Positions 27,663 to 41,700 of a DNA stretch of 64,000 nucleotides are shown piece by piece. Where the stretch lies: assembly GCF_037042905.1 (NCBI RefSeq), contig NC_087250.1:24306001-24370000 (forward strand). Reading direction: 5' to 3'. The position numbers were made by a program, and so were the translations under genes. The stretch is from Lytechinus pictus (lineage: Eukaryota). Positions within the stretch are counted from its first letter, which is position 1; each line of letters opens with the position of its first letter. The notes beneath the pieces were generated by a model, which worked only from the letters and a program-made list of their open reading frames with translations, did no database searches and had not been told where the DNA came from.

Positions 27663-30600
27663 CAAACAAACACGTAACTCACGTATAAGACACGCGACTG
27701 TATGAACTTATTCCTAATATACTTCTGCATGCTCTGTTTTGAAGTTTCTGCAATGGCTCGATGTATTTTGCACACGCTGAACCATATACTATATCACCAT
27801 AGTCAAATATAGGGAGGATAATGGCATTGTACACAATTTTCAAATTTTTCTGATCAATATAGTGACGCAGTCGGGCTAATAAACGTATGAGTTTGCTTAT
27901 TCTAAAACATATATATTCGATATGCAAATTCCACTTTAAACTGGGATCTAACAACATGCCAAGATATTTGGTTGATTCCACTTGTTTTATATGTATTCCA
28001 TTTACATTCAAGTTCAACCTATTACATTTACCAATCATTTTTCCAGAGCCAAATAGCATACATACTGTTTTATCACAGTAAAGACTTAGTTTGGAATCAC
28101 ACAACCAGGTGTTTATTCTTTTCAGCTCAGAATTCAGTTGGGTTTCAATAGTTGTTACATTTTTATGGGAGAAATAGACTACCGTGTCATCAGCATATAG
28201 GTGAATAGAGCAATTTTTAATACGATGTACGATATCATCAGTGTAAATTAGGAACAAAAGCGGACCCAGTATAGATCCTTGAGGGACACCGTAGTTTATA
28301 TCGGAGTCCGCAGAAGTAGGTGAGTTAAATTGGGTATATATACGACGACCCTTTAGATAACTTGAAAACCAAGATAAGCAAACAGAAGATACACCAATAT
28401 TAGATAATTTCTTTAAAATAATATCAGGATCCACAGTATCAAACGCTTTGCGTAAGTCTATAAAGACCGCACCAGTGTACAGACCGTGGTCCATTGCATT
28501 CAGCCAAGCATCGGTAACTTTGACGAGTGTTGTAATAGTCGAGTGATTTTTCCTAAATCCTGACTGGGCTTTAGACAATACATTGTGACATTTCAAATAT
28601 TCTGTTAATTGTATCTGAACGAGTTTCTCGAGGATTTTGGAAACAGAAGGTAATATGGATATCGGCCTGTAGTTGTTAGGTGACTTTTTGTCACCCGATT
28701 TATGAATTGGTACAATTTTTGATTTCTTCCATCTTGTAGGAAACACGTGTTCAGATAATGATCTATTAAAAATGAGTGTGAGAGATGGTATAATAGTAGG
28801 CGTTGCCATTTTTCACATCATTAAAGAGATATCACCAACACCAGTTGATTTTTTATTATTCAACCCCAAAATTATCTTCTGAACATCATCCTCGGTAACT
28901 GGATTAAATTCAAAACACGATTGTAGAGGGCTATTGTTAACATAGTCAGAATCTGCACGATTATTCGTTGCAGTTGGAATGGCAGAAGCCAGTTCAGAAC
29001 CAACATTAGCAAAGAAATTGTTGAAGTTTGTAGCTAACAAATAATCATTATTATCTTCAGTAGCACCGTTTTTACATGATTTTTTAGAAGGCAATAAAGG
29101 TTTGAGTACAGTCCAGACATTCTTGCTTGAAGTAGTGGAAATATTTTGTAATTGCTTTGAGAAATTAGCCTTTTTTGCTTTCCTACACATTTTGGTAACC
29201 AAATTTCTTGTTTTACGATACATGTTCATAACACTTTCGTCACTGTTCTTTGATGCTTTCTTTTTCAATTCATTTCGTTTCGTCATCGTTTTCTTAATAT
29301 CTGCATTTAGCCAAGGAGCGGGTTGGTGACGAATGCGTTTCTTTTTAATTGGGGCAAACTCATTTATAGAATCCATCAAAAAAGATTCCCATAAATTAAC
29401 AGCATCGTCAATGGTTCTAGAAGCACTTATTTCATTCCAAGAAAGTTTGGACAAATGACTATGAAAAGATTCTAGATTCACGTACTTAAGATTTCTATAG
29501 TTGATTGTATTAGGAATATGATTAGATCTAAAGTTCAAAATCCAAAAGCACAAGTCATGGTCACTTAACCCGAGACTGATTACACCATGAGATTTAATAT
29601 TCTCAACTGCGTTTGTGAGCATGTGACCTATTAAGCTCCTAGTATTGTGAGTGACCCGAGTATAAAGATCACAATTTATCTGTTGCATTGAATACAAATT
29701 ATTTATTTCTTCGTAACGCTTCATAACATTTGACTTGAAACTCTTACTTATATCAAAGTTTACATCACCCATCACAATGATATTTAAGTGAAAAGCATCC
29801 GCAAACGAAAGGACATGTTCATACTTATCTAAAATATCAGCTTTACTGTCTGGTGGGCGATACCATGAAATGAATAGGAATGGAGTGGAGAACTTAGGTC
29901 GCACTTTAATTAATAAGAGTTCAAGCGGGTCAAGAACTTGTGAATTTACTAATTCATGCGATATTGAACATTTAATGTAAATAGCAACACCGCCCCCATT
30001 ACGATTACGGTCTTTACGTATTAGTTCAGTCCTGTATACGAAGTTCATTATCATGAATTGACTCATCTAGAAGAGTTTCATTAAGTGCTAGGATATTTAT
30101 GTCGTTATCATGCAATAAAACTCGAATTTCATCAATATTTCTGTATAGACTGCGAATATTAAGGTGTGCACATTTAAAACCATGATTATCAAAATCGGAA
30201 AACTTCATAGTCTGACTTCATAGTCTGAACCGAGTTAGAAAGGCCCACATTTATTTGACTTTTTTGTAGAGTCACAACTTTTTTATGCTTGTAACTTGTA
30301 TATATATTTGATTGAAAATCTGCAAAAGGTAAGTATTGAAATATGCACTTTGTGCATTCCCAATTTGGGAATTCATGGTTAATATCATCATATAGCTCAT
30401 TTTTAACTCCTGCGCACGATGAGTGCATCCAAACACGACAATGTGTACATTGTAGTCCTCTTTGATTGTTTTTAACTGGTTTATCACAAGAAACACAAGG
30501 GTATTGTATAGTCATAACATTAATATGATAAACTGGATATGTTCAGGGAAAGACAAAATTCAAAGTATACAAAAGTATACTGAAACGAAAGGTATAACAG

Positions 30601-31090
30601 AAGATGCAATAAATGGGGAAATTGCAGCTATACTTTTTAAAGAATATGTACATAATAGTAAACTAACATAGGGTTTGAGACAAATATGGTAATCAACTAT
30701 TAACAAATCACTAAAAAAAGTGAAAAACAGGCATAAAAGAATGGGGGTATGGAATGTTTTCAATTAAAATAAGGTGTAAAAAGTCAAGTTTAAAATATTA
30801 CGAGAGAGAGGTAGATCGCAGACCTCCCAGGGGAGATATCAAAATCATATAACGTATCGTTCACCTCAGTTTTCGTGCTTCTTCAACAGAACTAATAACT
30901 TTTCTGATGGATTTTCCGTTTGTTGCTGGTATCTTGTGACCACGCTGCAGATATCTTTGGTGATATTCGAGCTTCTTTCAATATCTCGTAGTTGGATGAG
31001 GTTAAGTCTTCCGCAATGGATATACCGGAGTTTTTCAGTCGGCGCCTCACTGCCATTATCATGATTATGGATTGTCTCGCTCGGTACGTC

Positions 31091-31558
31091 TATGGCGCGC
31101 CATTTGTTTCATAAAGGCGATAAACTCAGTTTATCGCCGAAAAACCTAGTATAGTTTATCAATCGAAAAACCTAGTTTTTCAATTGAAAAACTAAGTTTT
31201 TCGCCGATAAACTTAGTTTTTCGCCGATAAACTAAGTTTATCACTTGAAAAACTAAGATTATCAAGAAAAACTAAGTTTATCGCCGAAAAACTTAGTTTT
31301 TCATTGAAAAACTTAGTTTATCGGTGAAAAACGAAAAACTAAGTTTTTCGGCGATAAACTTAGTTTTTCTTGATAAACTTAGTTTTTCTTGATAAACTTA
31401 GTTTTTCAAGTGATAAACTTAGTTTATCGGCGAAAAACTAAGTTTATCGGTAAAAAACTTAGTTTTTCAATTGAAAAACTAGGTTTTTCGATTGATAAAC
31501 TAGGTTTTTCGGCGATAAACTGAGTTTATCGCCTTTATGAAACAGATGGCGCGCCATA
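31091..31558. mobile_element. 468-bp foldback MITE with TATG..CATA ends and ~6-bp TSD (IS3EU-like) interrupting LINE ORF1
   Basis: TATGGCGCGCCAT termini, internal AAAAACTAAGTTT repeats, flanks tacgtc/ttcgtc. Removal restores ...IVKFATYRARQ... in ORF1. Confidence 0.8.
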
Positions 31559-34200
31559 TTCGTCGCAAATTTCACGATGATCGGGCGATGATGGGTTTTT
31601 TTTTCGTTTGGCTTCCGACGCGATCGTGGCCCATGATGTCGGCGTTGACGTCGACTGTGAAGGTGCTTGTCTTTGTCTATCCGGCGTTGAATTTGCTGTA
31701 GACTGCGATGTTCCACTCGCTGGATCTCTCTTCTGGATCGGTCCGATGCGGTGGCTACGGTCGATGTCGTCGACGCGCAGGTCAATGCCGAGCTTTTCTT
31801 TGGCAACTTGAAGCATGATCTCATCCGTGTTTTCACCTTTGATTTCGGGTATACCAAATACTCTTACACAATTTCTCCTCGAGTACTGTTCGGCATCCTT
31901 TGCTTTATTTTGCAGTCGAGTAATCGATTCCTCTTGACTTTCAAGACGTTTCACAAGGTTTGCAATTTTTGTATCTTTGTTTCCATTTTCGATCTCAAGT
32001 GCAGTGATTTTGGATTCGTTTGCCTCCGCTAGTGTAGACACTCTGTTGAGTGATCTTTCTTAAGTTCTTGAAGTTCTTCTCTGATTGCTTTTCTCACTGC
32101 TTTCTTTATCGTTTCCAAAAGCACCTTATTGTCGTTTGGGATCACATATACTCAAACATGGACAAGATGTTTCACTTGCCGGTTGTGACTGCCGCGTTTG
32201 TTTTGTGCCAGCATTTCTCGTCACTTTCTTTTCAGAGGTGCCACGATCTTGCCCTTCCATTGAGAAAGTTTGGCAGAGGGGTGCAGCAAACAATAGACAG
32301 GGGTACGGGCTTTTTCCAGTACACGAAGAGTTGACCAGTCGATTAATCCGTCATGGGCTGAGAGGCACAGTGGCTAAAGATTTCGATGAACGGTTTGAGA
32401 GCAATATTCAGCCCGTTACTGCCCGGTTTGAGTGAAAGACATCACCGTGTATTGGTTTCCAGATGGCTGGTGCCAAATTGGGTTAACTTTTCAATAAGTA
32501 AAGTCAGCAAAATTATATACGAGAAACTCACATTTCACTCCTGGGGGTCCACATTACACAGCTGATCCGAAACTGTTCACATATTCACGATGATTTTGAA
32601 AATAACATGCAAAAAGTTTACAATTCCGATGAGGTTTATGCAATAAGTGTTTCACGTAACAACCGTTACCGAATTGCTGTTCATTTCAATTTCAGCGAAA
32701 TTACATATGTACCGGTATTAAAGGACAAGTTCACCCCAGCAGAGAGTTGATTTGAATAAAAAGAGAAAAATCCAACAAGCATAACACTGAAATTTTCATC
32801 AAAATCGGATGTAAAATAAGAAAGTTATTACATTTTAATTTTTCGCTTAATTTCACAAAACAGTTACATACACATCCTGGTCGGTATGCAAATGAGGAGA
32901 CCGATGACGTCATCCACTCACTATTTCATTTGTATTTCATTAAATGAAATATATTCTATTTTTTCTCATTGTCAAGTGCATTAACGATTAATTCCTCCCT
33001 GAACATGTGGAATTAGCATTGTTTACTACTATATGGTTCAGTCAAGTTGGTCCTTATTATCAAATTTGTAAGAATTGAAATATTGTATAATTCAAACAAT
33101 AAAAAAAAAAAGAGAAAAAGTGAAGGGCGTCATCGTCTGTCTCATTTGCATGTCACTGATCATGAGTAGTGCATATCACTGTTTTTTGTGAAAAATATTG
33201 AAACCACGTGTTCTAAGGTAATGCTAAACTAAAATGAGACCTGCCTGAAATAGTGACGTAATGTCTAGTCGACCTATGATATATACTTTGGGCCGTAAAT
33301 GTCGATTTTGCGGCAATGTTTTCCCCATCAACAAGCTTTATTTAAACCACGTGTCCTAAAATCATGTTAACCTAAAATTTGGCCTGCCTGAAATAATGAC
33401 GTAATCTCGACCTATGATATATATACTTTGGGCCGTATATCTTGGATATTATGTCGATTCATATATCCATAAAGAAAATAAATCGAGTTAGTGTTATGTA
33501 TATCATGAGTTATCACATTGAATCAAGAAATTATGCTTTTTAAGGAAGGATAAGGAAATGATTTGCTATATATATTTCATTTGTTTATGCCAACGGGTCA
33601 TAATGAAGTTAAGTTACCGACAAATACAAACAAATAAATACAAATTAAAAACATGTCTTCTTTGAATACGATAGAAACATTCTATTCGACGAAATATGCC
33701 ATTAAAGCGAATTTTAAACAAATTTCATATTGTGAAAAGGTCGCGATAGGTCTTTGATATTCAAATTTATATTACTTATAATAACTTGCGTAAAGTTATG
33801 AGGGAAACGGAGAATGAAGGCTTGATTTGGTGCAAATAATTATTGGAGTTTTGTCCAAGCGAGTAAAAAATAATTTTACTAAAAATTTTAAGTCGATGAA
33901 ATAGAACTAAATCGATTAGATTTATTTAAAGAAATCAGATGGAAAGTTTAATGTTATTGTTTAAATACATTTTTAAGGGGGTGGACTGTCAATTATAATG
34001 TGAAATATAAGTACATCTCAATGATTTAACAAAAAATGCCACTTTTGTGGACATATGGATATAGGGTTTAGCCGGAGTTATAACCCCCCCCCCCCCCCGA
34101 TCCGGTAATCATTGCGCCAAAAATACGTAAATGACCATGTGCGAAAGTTTTTTTTTCTTCTTCTTGTTTGGTGTATGTGCATTGACCTCGAGGTCTCTAA

Positions 34201-34601
34201 TACCCCTTTCATAAACCCATTAAAACCTATCCTCCAATTAGCCGCCTAAGAGTAATGCGAATAATTCAATAAAAATTGCGTTCACAAACTCCAAAAATTA
34301 TCCGCATTATTTTTACGGCCGCCCGTCCTGAAAAAGGTGGATAATCGTCATGACAACTGGGACACGCCCCCTCCGATGCGGTTGTGTTGGAAAATGGTGA
34401 CCTTGTGACCGCACCATGGCAATTATCCGCATTATTTGGAAATACGTTCATAAACTCAAAATCTTGTCCCGATGCTGCTATTATGCGGATAATAGAAGCA
34501 TCAGAATAATGCGGATAACTCTTGTCCTCCTCTGATTTTACGACCAAATTATGCTGCTATTAGCCGCATAATTGGGTTTTATTGGGTTTATGAAAGGGGT
34601 A
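34201..34601. mobile_element. PIF/Harbinger-like MITE
   Basis: taa|TACCCCTTTCATAAACCCA...TGGGTTTATGAAAGGGGTA|taa. Confidence 0.78.
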
Positions 34602-35086
34602 TAAGGTCTATGATATGTGTGTTTTTTTTTATCACCGCTATGGCAGTGCAGTGGTATTGATTTTATTCATCTGCCCGTGAAAGCTCAATCACACACATAC
34701 ACACTATCCCCCTTACACACTCACACAATCGCCTGCGGAGCCTCTTCGATGATCCCCACTGCGCGATTGATCTCTAGGGTGTTTAATCTTTGGGTGAATA
34801 TGTAAGAATGGGAGAGTGTTAATGACAATTTTTACACCAGATCAATTTTTTATTTGCAATTATTTGCAATAGCAGATAAACTTCTTCTCACCAACCAATC
34901 ATCGGCTGGACAATCCCTGTATAGGTCCATGCTTAAATACCGACGCAAAATGCACATTATTGCTTTCCATTTGGACTTGGTTATTGTAATACCTATACAT
35001 TCCTTTCTCCTTTAGGGTTGTCACACAGCTCGACATTATAACAAGCTAGTACATGCATGTCGAGGCAACGAATATGTGACCAAGTA

Positions 35087-35326
35087 CACTGTAAAAACTG
35101 TTTGTGTTAAAACTGACACCAGTTGGTGCTAATAGAGGACCACACCATGAGGTGTTAAAATTACACCCTAGAGATTGACCATAATACCAGACAGTGTAAA
35201 TGTAACAACCAATGGTGTTGTAGTAACACCTATAGGTGTTCAAACTAACCCTGTCAATTTACACCGGAGTAAAATGACTGATGTGGTCCTCTATGTACAC
35301 CAGTTAACACCCTAGTTTTTGTTGTG
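35087..35326. mobile_element. CAC..GTG MITE (family of 11296-11534)
   Basis: CACTGTAAAAACTG...TTTTTGTTGTG, aligning along its length to 11296-11534. Confidence 0.8.
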
Positions 35327-35770
35327 TTAACAATGGCGTAATGATCGTTTTGAGGGAACAGCGTTCTTGGGAGTAAAAGCTTGTATTGTCCTGTCCTCCA
35401 TTTTTTTCTCAAAAAATTACCATTGTGGATCTTATCCCTTTTGCAAGCAAACTAAAATGGATCTAATCACGTTTGAATAAAAAAAGTGATTTTCCTTTAC
35501 CAATTCACGTTTTAATTGGAATTTCACATTTTCTTTGATATCATCAGAGGGACTTAAATCTATACGTTTTGAGAAAAAAAAACAATATTTATGAAAATGG
35601 ATCTAACCTATTTTAACAAATGCGTTCTTCAGAAGGGTTTGTAGGCAAAACGGGGTTAGATCCACTTCCAGAAAATATTTTTTTTTAATTCTCCCATATT
35701 GCAATATTCTTATGCTTTCTTTGATCGTTTTGCTTCGTCTAAACAAACTTAATATTAGCGCTGTCCATTT

Positions 35771-35788
35771 CAGGGGCCGCGGCCCCTG
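35771..35788. mobile_element. 18-bp collapsed MITE (fused TIRs) with 5-bp TSD
   Basis: cattt|CAGGGGCCGCGGCCCCTG|cattt; same termini as the MITE at ~23228-23370. Confidence 0.7.
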
Positions 35789-35867
35789 CATTTTACGAGT
35801 GAAATGAAAGTAACACGACATAGTCAACCGTATATGCCTCCCCCTTATGTCATATGTATTTGTACAG

Positions 35868-36040
35868 GATAAGAAGGATGCTAAGTTTGATCCAGACTTG
35901 GCGACCGAGGCGTTTGAATGGATTGCTGCTGTACTTGAAACGGGACCGCCCGAATCACAAGAATTGGCGAGCTCAGTTGGACCTGTAATCGCTGAAAAGG
36001 ATGTCCATGTGCCTCTCAAAGATGGCGTCGTTCTTTGTCA
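35868..36040 (+). CDS. Calponin/transgelin-family gene, coding exon 2 (N-terminal half of CH domain)
   Basis: tttgtacag acceptor; DKKDAKFDPDLATEAFEWIAAVL...LKDGVVLC; gtaagt donor; 173 nt, phase 0 to 2. Confidence 0.93.
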
Positions 36041-36166
36041 GTAAGTTTTATTTTTTTCTGTTTTAGACCTATACCGATTATCAGGATACTGAATAGTATC
36101 AGATCAGTAAGACGAAGGCATATTTCGTTTCGCAATGCGGTGTGTCGAGGAGAGTGTGTCAAAGTA

Positions 36167-36407
36167 CACAGCAAAAACTGTGGTGTTAAACGGTGTACAT
36201 AGAGGACCACACCATGGTTATTTTACACCGGTGTTAAATTGGCAGTGTTAGTTTAACACCTATAGGTATTGTCACAACACATTTGGTTGTTACATTTACA
36301 CTAATTGGTGTTATGTTTCATCTCTAGGGTGTAATTTTAACACCTCATGGTGTGGTCCTCTATTAGCACCAACTAGTGTCAGTTTTAACACCACAGTTCT
36401 TACAGTG
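36167..36407. mobile_element. CAC..GTG MITE, inverted relative to 35087-35326
   Basis: ta|CACAGCAAAAACTGTGG...TTCTTACAGTG|ta. Confidence 0.8.
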
Positions 36408-38701
36408 TAGGAAAAATAACACAAAAGGCAAGTATTGCAATTGCTTGCCTATTTAAAGGTCCCAAGACATGCTGCACAATACCGTCTGAGTCTTTTTTTT
36501 TTCACCAAATGATTACCTGGTGGGTTTAAGGACGCTTCACTGTTAAAATGAAATCCATGTAATTTCCACCAAATTTTGCACAGAATTACTTTAGCACCTA
36601 TATATTCCAAATATGCAACAACAAAAAGAATGCCATGGGTTCATGTGCTTTGAAGTTCACCTATTTGAAAGGTGTCGAGAAATACGGAATTAATACAATT
36701 TTGCATTTTTAGACCCCATGAGATCACAAAGTTTAAATGAGTTTAAACCTCTATTACTCGGTCAAAAGCCATCCTAATTTCACAATATTTTACATTATAG
36801 TTCAGGATTATATACTTAAAATGAGGAATCAAGACATATTGCTATTCGTTAGCTTTTTAAAGAGAAGCAGCACCTTCATTTTCGAAAATGAGATGTGAAA
36901 TGCGACAAAAAGATATATGCAAGATTCAAAATTCATATAACAAATTTAAACAGTTCAATTAATTATGCACTTTATTCAAAATCATCCCGTTTTCACAAAA
37001 TTTTGCATGGTTGAAGAGAAAAGTACACGAAAGAGGTGTGAACATAAAAAATTGGGGGTTCATCTGCTTGTTTTCAAACTATCAGCAGTTTTGTTGGAGC
37101 TATTGCGTCTTTAAAAACACAAAAAAACTCGTCAAGGCGTGTATTTACTAAAGAGACATTTTACATCACTATCCCATTTTATCTAATTCGAGGTCATATT
37201 TGTCATACTTCGCAGCACTGCTCAGTAAAGTAGACTTATTGTGAAGAGGTACAGGCGTTTCAAAAAGCTGAGGCATTGATTATTTTCATCTAATAGCTTC
37301 GTAAAATAACACAATACCATCAAGACTTGCAGTTGAATTGCAGCTCTCGCCTCAGCCTCCTCCCCCACTTTCAAAACCGTTCCGTGGCCCCTGAAATATG
37401 CATCATAATGGCGCGGTTCCAGTTTTCACCACGGGGGGGGGGGGGGGGGGGGGGGGCAAAAGAGACTTTCATTGTCATTTCCCCAGAGCAGCCGCTCAAG
37501 CTGATTTATGTTGGTTTCTTTGAAGGGGGTAGTTCTTACAGTTACTTCTTACAGCTTTATTCTTATAAAGTAAAAAAAAAAAAAGGTACACGCAGCGCGA
37601 GCTCATTTATGATATTTAGTCCATAAAACAGACATTTTATAGAGGATTTTTTAAACATTAATTTGTAAAGCGAACACAATAAATATAGCTCTATGTCCGA
37701 GCTGAAATATGCTTTGTATATTATCTTAAATAATATGTATATTTTGAAGCTTCATTTTAGCCTATTGAGCAAGAAATGTATTTCGTCGAACGGGCAAGTC
37801 AAGCGTAAAGCGCGAGCAAAAATTTTATATAGTAACATGAAAGATTTTTTGCATTTTCTAAGTTTTATTCACACGTTTTCCTCTTATTATCCCTTTTTTT
37901 TTCTCCCCCCCTCCCCTTCCCTTTTTGTTAGTTTTTCTTTCTTTCCCTCTTTTTCCTTTATTAAGGACCGCCGATGGGGGGGGGGGGGCTGCGACCACTT
38001 CGGGCCCCAGGATTCGCCTATTATAATTTCAATATTTTTTTTTTCATTTTCTTGCATTTGTCTGGAGTATGCTAAGCACCGCCTCCTTAAACTTCATAAG
38101 ATCTATCGGTCTTCATACAATACCACCTCAGAACGTTTAAAAAAAAAATTTGACAAAGCAGTAACGATGACCGTTTGAATGGTGTGGTATTGTATGAAGA
38201 TTTGTGTTGCCAATTTTAGCAATGGTACATAATAATGGCAACTGGTAAGTTGCATGACATTGTGAATCGTTGTGCTTATTTCGGCCTCCCAGGCGTATAT
38301 CAGTTTGAGGCAACAGACATATAGCATTCTTTTCATAAATTTCTACAAACAGCCCTTTAAATTCCCCTTTCTTACAGGTACTTTTATCAAAAATTCAGGT
38401 CACACCTTGCGCTGGCTTTGTTTATCAAACGTATGCATCATATTCATGATTATACAGGGTGTTTCCAAAAAAAAAGGTAACCAAACTTCAAAGGTCAGCT
38501 AAATAAAAAATAATTATTCTTGTAATTGCTATTCTACATAATAAAGTAACTCATCAACCTTAATTTGACACCTTCTTTGTGTCATATCTATCACGGTCAC
38601 AAAGTTATGGTCTATCGAAGGCAAAAGGTACAAAACCCACTTTTTCCAAGTTTTGGGTTTTACTGTACGTGCACGAAACCCACCTTGTAAGGTCTTTGTT
38701 T

Positions 38702-41700
38702 TATGAGGCGCCGAATGTACCAATATTATATAGAACAATTATTTGTTATATAATCATTATTTATTAAATAATAACTATTATTTATATATAATTTACATTT
38801 TATTTGTAAATAACTACTATTATATAAAATATCATTTCTAATTATTTATATATAATTCCAAGTAATACTTCATTATTTGTAAATAATAATAGTTCGACAT
38901 TCCATTATTTATAAATAATGATTATTTGTTTTTCATTATTTATAAATAATGATTATTTGTTTTTCATTATTTATAAATAATGATTATTTGTTTTTCATTA
39001 TTTACAAATAATGATTATTTGTTTTTCATTATTTATAAATAATGATTATTTGTTTTTCATTTTTTATAAATAATGATTATTTGTTTTTCATTATTTACAA
39101 ATAATGATTATTTGTTTTTCATTATTTATAAATAATGATTATTTGTTTTTCATTATTCATAAATAATGATTATTTGTTTTTCATTATTTATAAATAATGA
39201 TTATTTGTTTTTCATTATTTATAAATAATGATTATTTGTTTTTATATTATTTATAAATAATGACACTACATACTTCATTATCTATAAACAATTGCAATTC
39301 GTTTTTCCGTTATTTATAAATAAGTTTTCTATTATTTATAGATAATAATTATTTATTATCAATGCCAGTGCACATTTCTTTATTTATAAATAATTTGTTG
39401 AGTTTTCCATTATTTATAAATAATGATTATTTGTTAAATAATGAAAACGTCTACTTCATTATTTATAAATAATTTTTTCGAGTGCACCATTATTCTCATT
39501 ATTTATAAATAATCATTATTTAATGTTCGAGTTTTCCATTATTTATAAATAAAGATTATTTGTTAAATAATGAAATATCTACTTCATTATTTATAAATAA
39601 TAATTTAGTTTCAATATCCCATTATTTATAAATAATCATTATTTATAAACAATTTTTACAGTTTGCCATTATATACAAATAATCATTATTTATATACAAA
39701 TAACCATTATTTATTAAATAATGCCATTATTTATTAAATAATGGAAAACTCGCTATAACATGCAAATGTGGGACCGCCCATGATATGAATATTCATGATG
39801 CGATTTCCTTTTTCGTGATTTTTCTTCACAAATTTTTGTCCATTTCCTCTTCATAATGACATTTCTTGAAGCAATTTTCTAGGGATATGGTCTGATTGTA
39901 ATATTCTTCATTTTCTATATAACTTCGTCTTCGTAGAAATATCAAAAAGTGTAATTGTATACGATTTTTCCAACAGTTCACAATCCCCATAGGCGCGCGT
40001 GTATCGTAGGGACAACCGGTGAATCGACGGAGTGCTCTTCATCGAAATACTACGTTGGTTGGAATTTAGCCCGAATCCTCGATGGAAGTCGATCAAGTGC
40101 ATATGAGCTGAGAGAGTGAAATATCAGTGTATATGTACAGGCCCTTCTACTTTTTATAAATATTTCTTGTTGCTTTTTTTGTTAAGTTAATTTTTCCTGG
40201 TGTAGAGATAAGTTTCAGTTCTAATAATGCACTTCAAATACATTTTGGAGTGTCTGTTTGAGGCGTTTGGGGCGATTTCACCCTGGCCCCAAAATGCTCG
40301 CAACGACAATACGGGGGCATGATGACCCCTAATTTTTTAAAAACTTATTTTTCAATTGAAAATTATCACAAAATTCACCAAAAGTGTGCACGAAAGCCTT
40401 CGTATTTCACTTTTAAAACTCCCAAAATTGCCCAAATGACAAGCTTGGTCGCTTCGCTGTGTCGCTTTCAACCTGAGAACGTTTACGCGTCTGCTTCCCC
40501 CCCCCCCCCTCCTCCGAAAGAAATTCTGTATACGGCCATGCTCTAAAAGAGCCTGGCACATTGATTTATGTATACTTTCATTTTCATTATTTTTATCTCA
40601 TTATCAACATGGCCTTACGCATAATTTTTTCCAAGGGGGCCGGGGCCGGAGCATGACGCGCGTAAACTTTCTCAAAAAAATCTTGAAAGCGAGACAGCCA
40701 CGGGACCAAGCCCAAATGACAAGCTTGGTCGCTTCGCTGTCTCGCTTTCAACTTGAGAACGTTTACGCGCGTCTGCCCCCACCCCCCGAAAGAAATTCTG
40801 TGAACGGCCATGCTCAAAAGAGCATATGGCACATTGATTTATATGTACTTTTCATTTTTATTATTTTTTTCACATTATCATCATGGCCTTACACAGAATT
40901 TTTACCGGGGGGGGGGGGGGAGCAGCTAGGACGCGCGTAAAGTTTCTCAAAAAAATCTTGAAAGCGAGACAGCGACGCGACCAAGCTCAAATGACAAGCT
41001 TGGTCGCTTCGCTTTTACAAGATTTTTATGAAAAAGTTTACACGCGTCCTGCTCCCCCCACCCCCCCCCCCCCCGGAAAAAAATTATGCGTAAGGCCATG
41101 ATGATAATGAGATAAAAATAATGAAAATGAAGTATACATAAATCAATGTGCCAGGCTCTTTAGAGCATGGCCGTATACAGACTTTCTTTCGGAGGAGGGG
41201 GGGGGGGGGGAAGCAGACGCGTAAACTTTCTCAAGATGAAAGCGACACAGCGAAGCGACCAAGCTTGTCATTTGGGCACTTTTTGGAGTTTTAAAAGTGA
41301 AATACGAAGGCTTTCGTGCACACTTTTGGTGAATTTTGTGATAATTTTCAATAGAAAAATAAGTTTTTTTTAAATGAGGGGTCATCATGCCCCCGTATTG
41401 TCGTTGCGAGCATTTTGGGGCGAGGGTGAAATCGCCCCAAACGCCTCAAACAGACACTCCAAAATGTATTTGAAGTGCATTATTAGAACTGAAACTTATC
41501 TCTACACCAGGAAAAATTAACTTAACAAAAAAAGCAACAAGAAATATTTATAAAAAGTAGAAGGGCCTGTACAAGTACACTGATATTTCACTCTCTCAGC
41601 TCATATGCACTTGATCGACTTCCATCGAGGATTCGGGCTAAATTCCGCCCGCCACTTCCGGGGACCAACCAACGTAGTATTTCGATGAAGAGCACTCCGT

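Larger units (their letters stand above)
26800..32560 (-). mobile_element. Near full-length Crack/Daphne-like (L2/CR1 group) LINE, antisense in intron 1, inactivated
   Basis: ORF1 coiled-coil/RRM (EQYSRRNCVRVFGIPE) at ~30850-32041; PHD finger 30189-30515; APE 28813-30208; RT with HLYADDT 27679-28809; C-terminus continues ~27100-27390. Carries frameshifts, one in-frame TGA at 28813-28815 and two nested MITEs. Ends are approximate. Confidence 0.9.

Noticed and set aside
38903..39262. Palindromic 31-bp repeats as a CRISPR array
   Set aside because: Units are head-to-tail with no unique spacers, there are no cas genes, the context is eukaryotic, and the array is mirrored in the other foldback arm.
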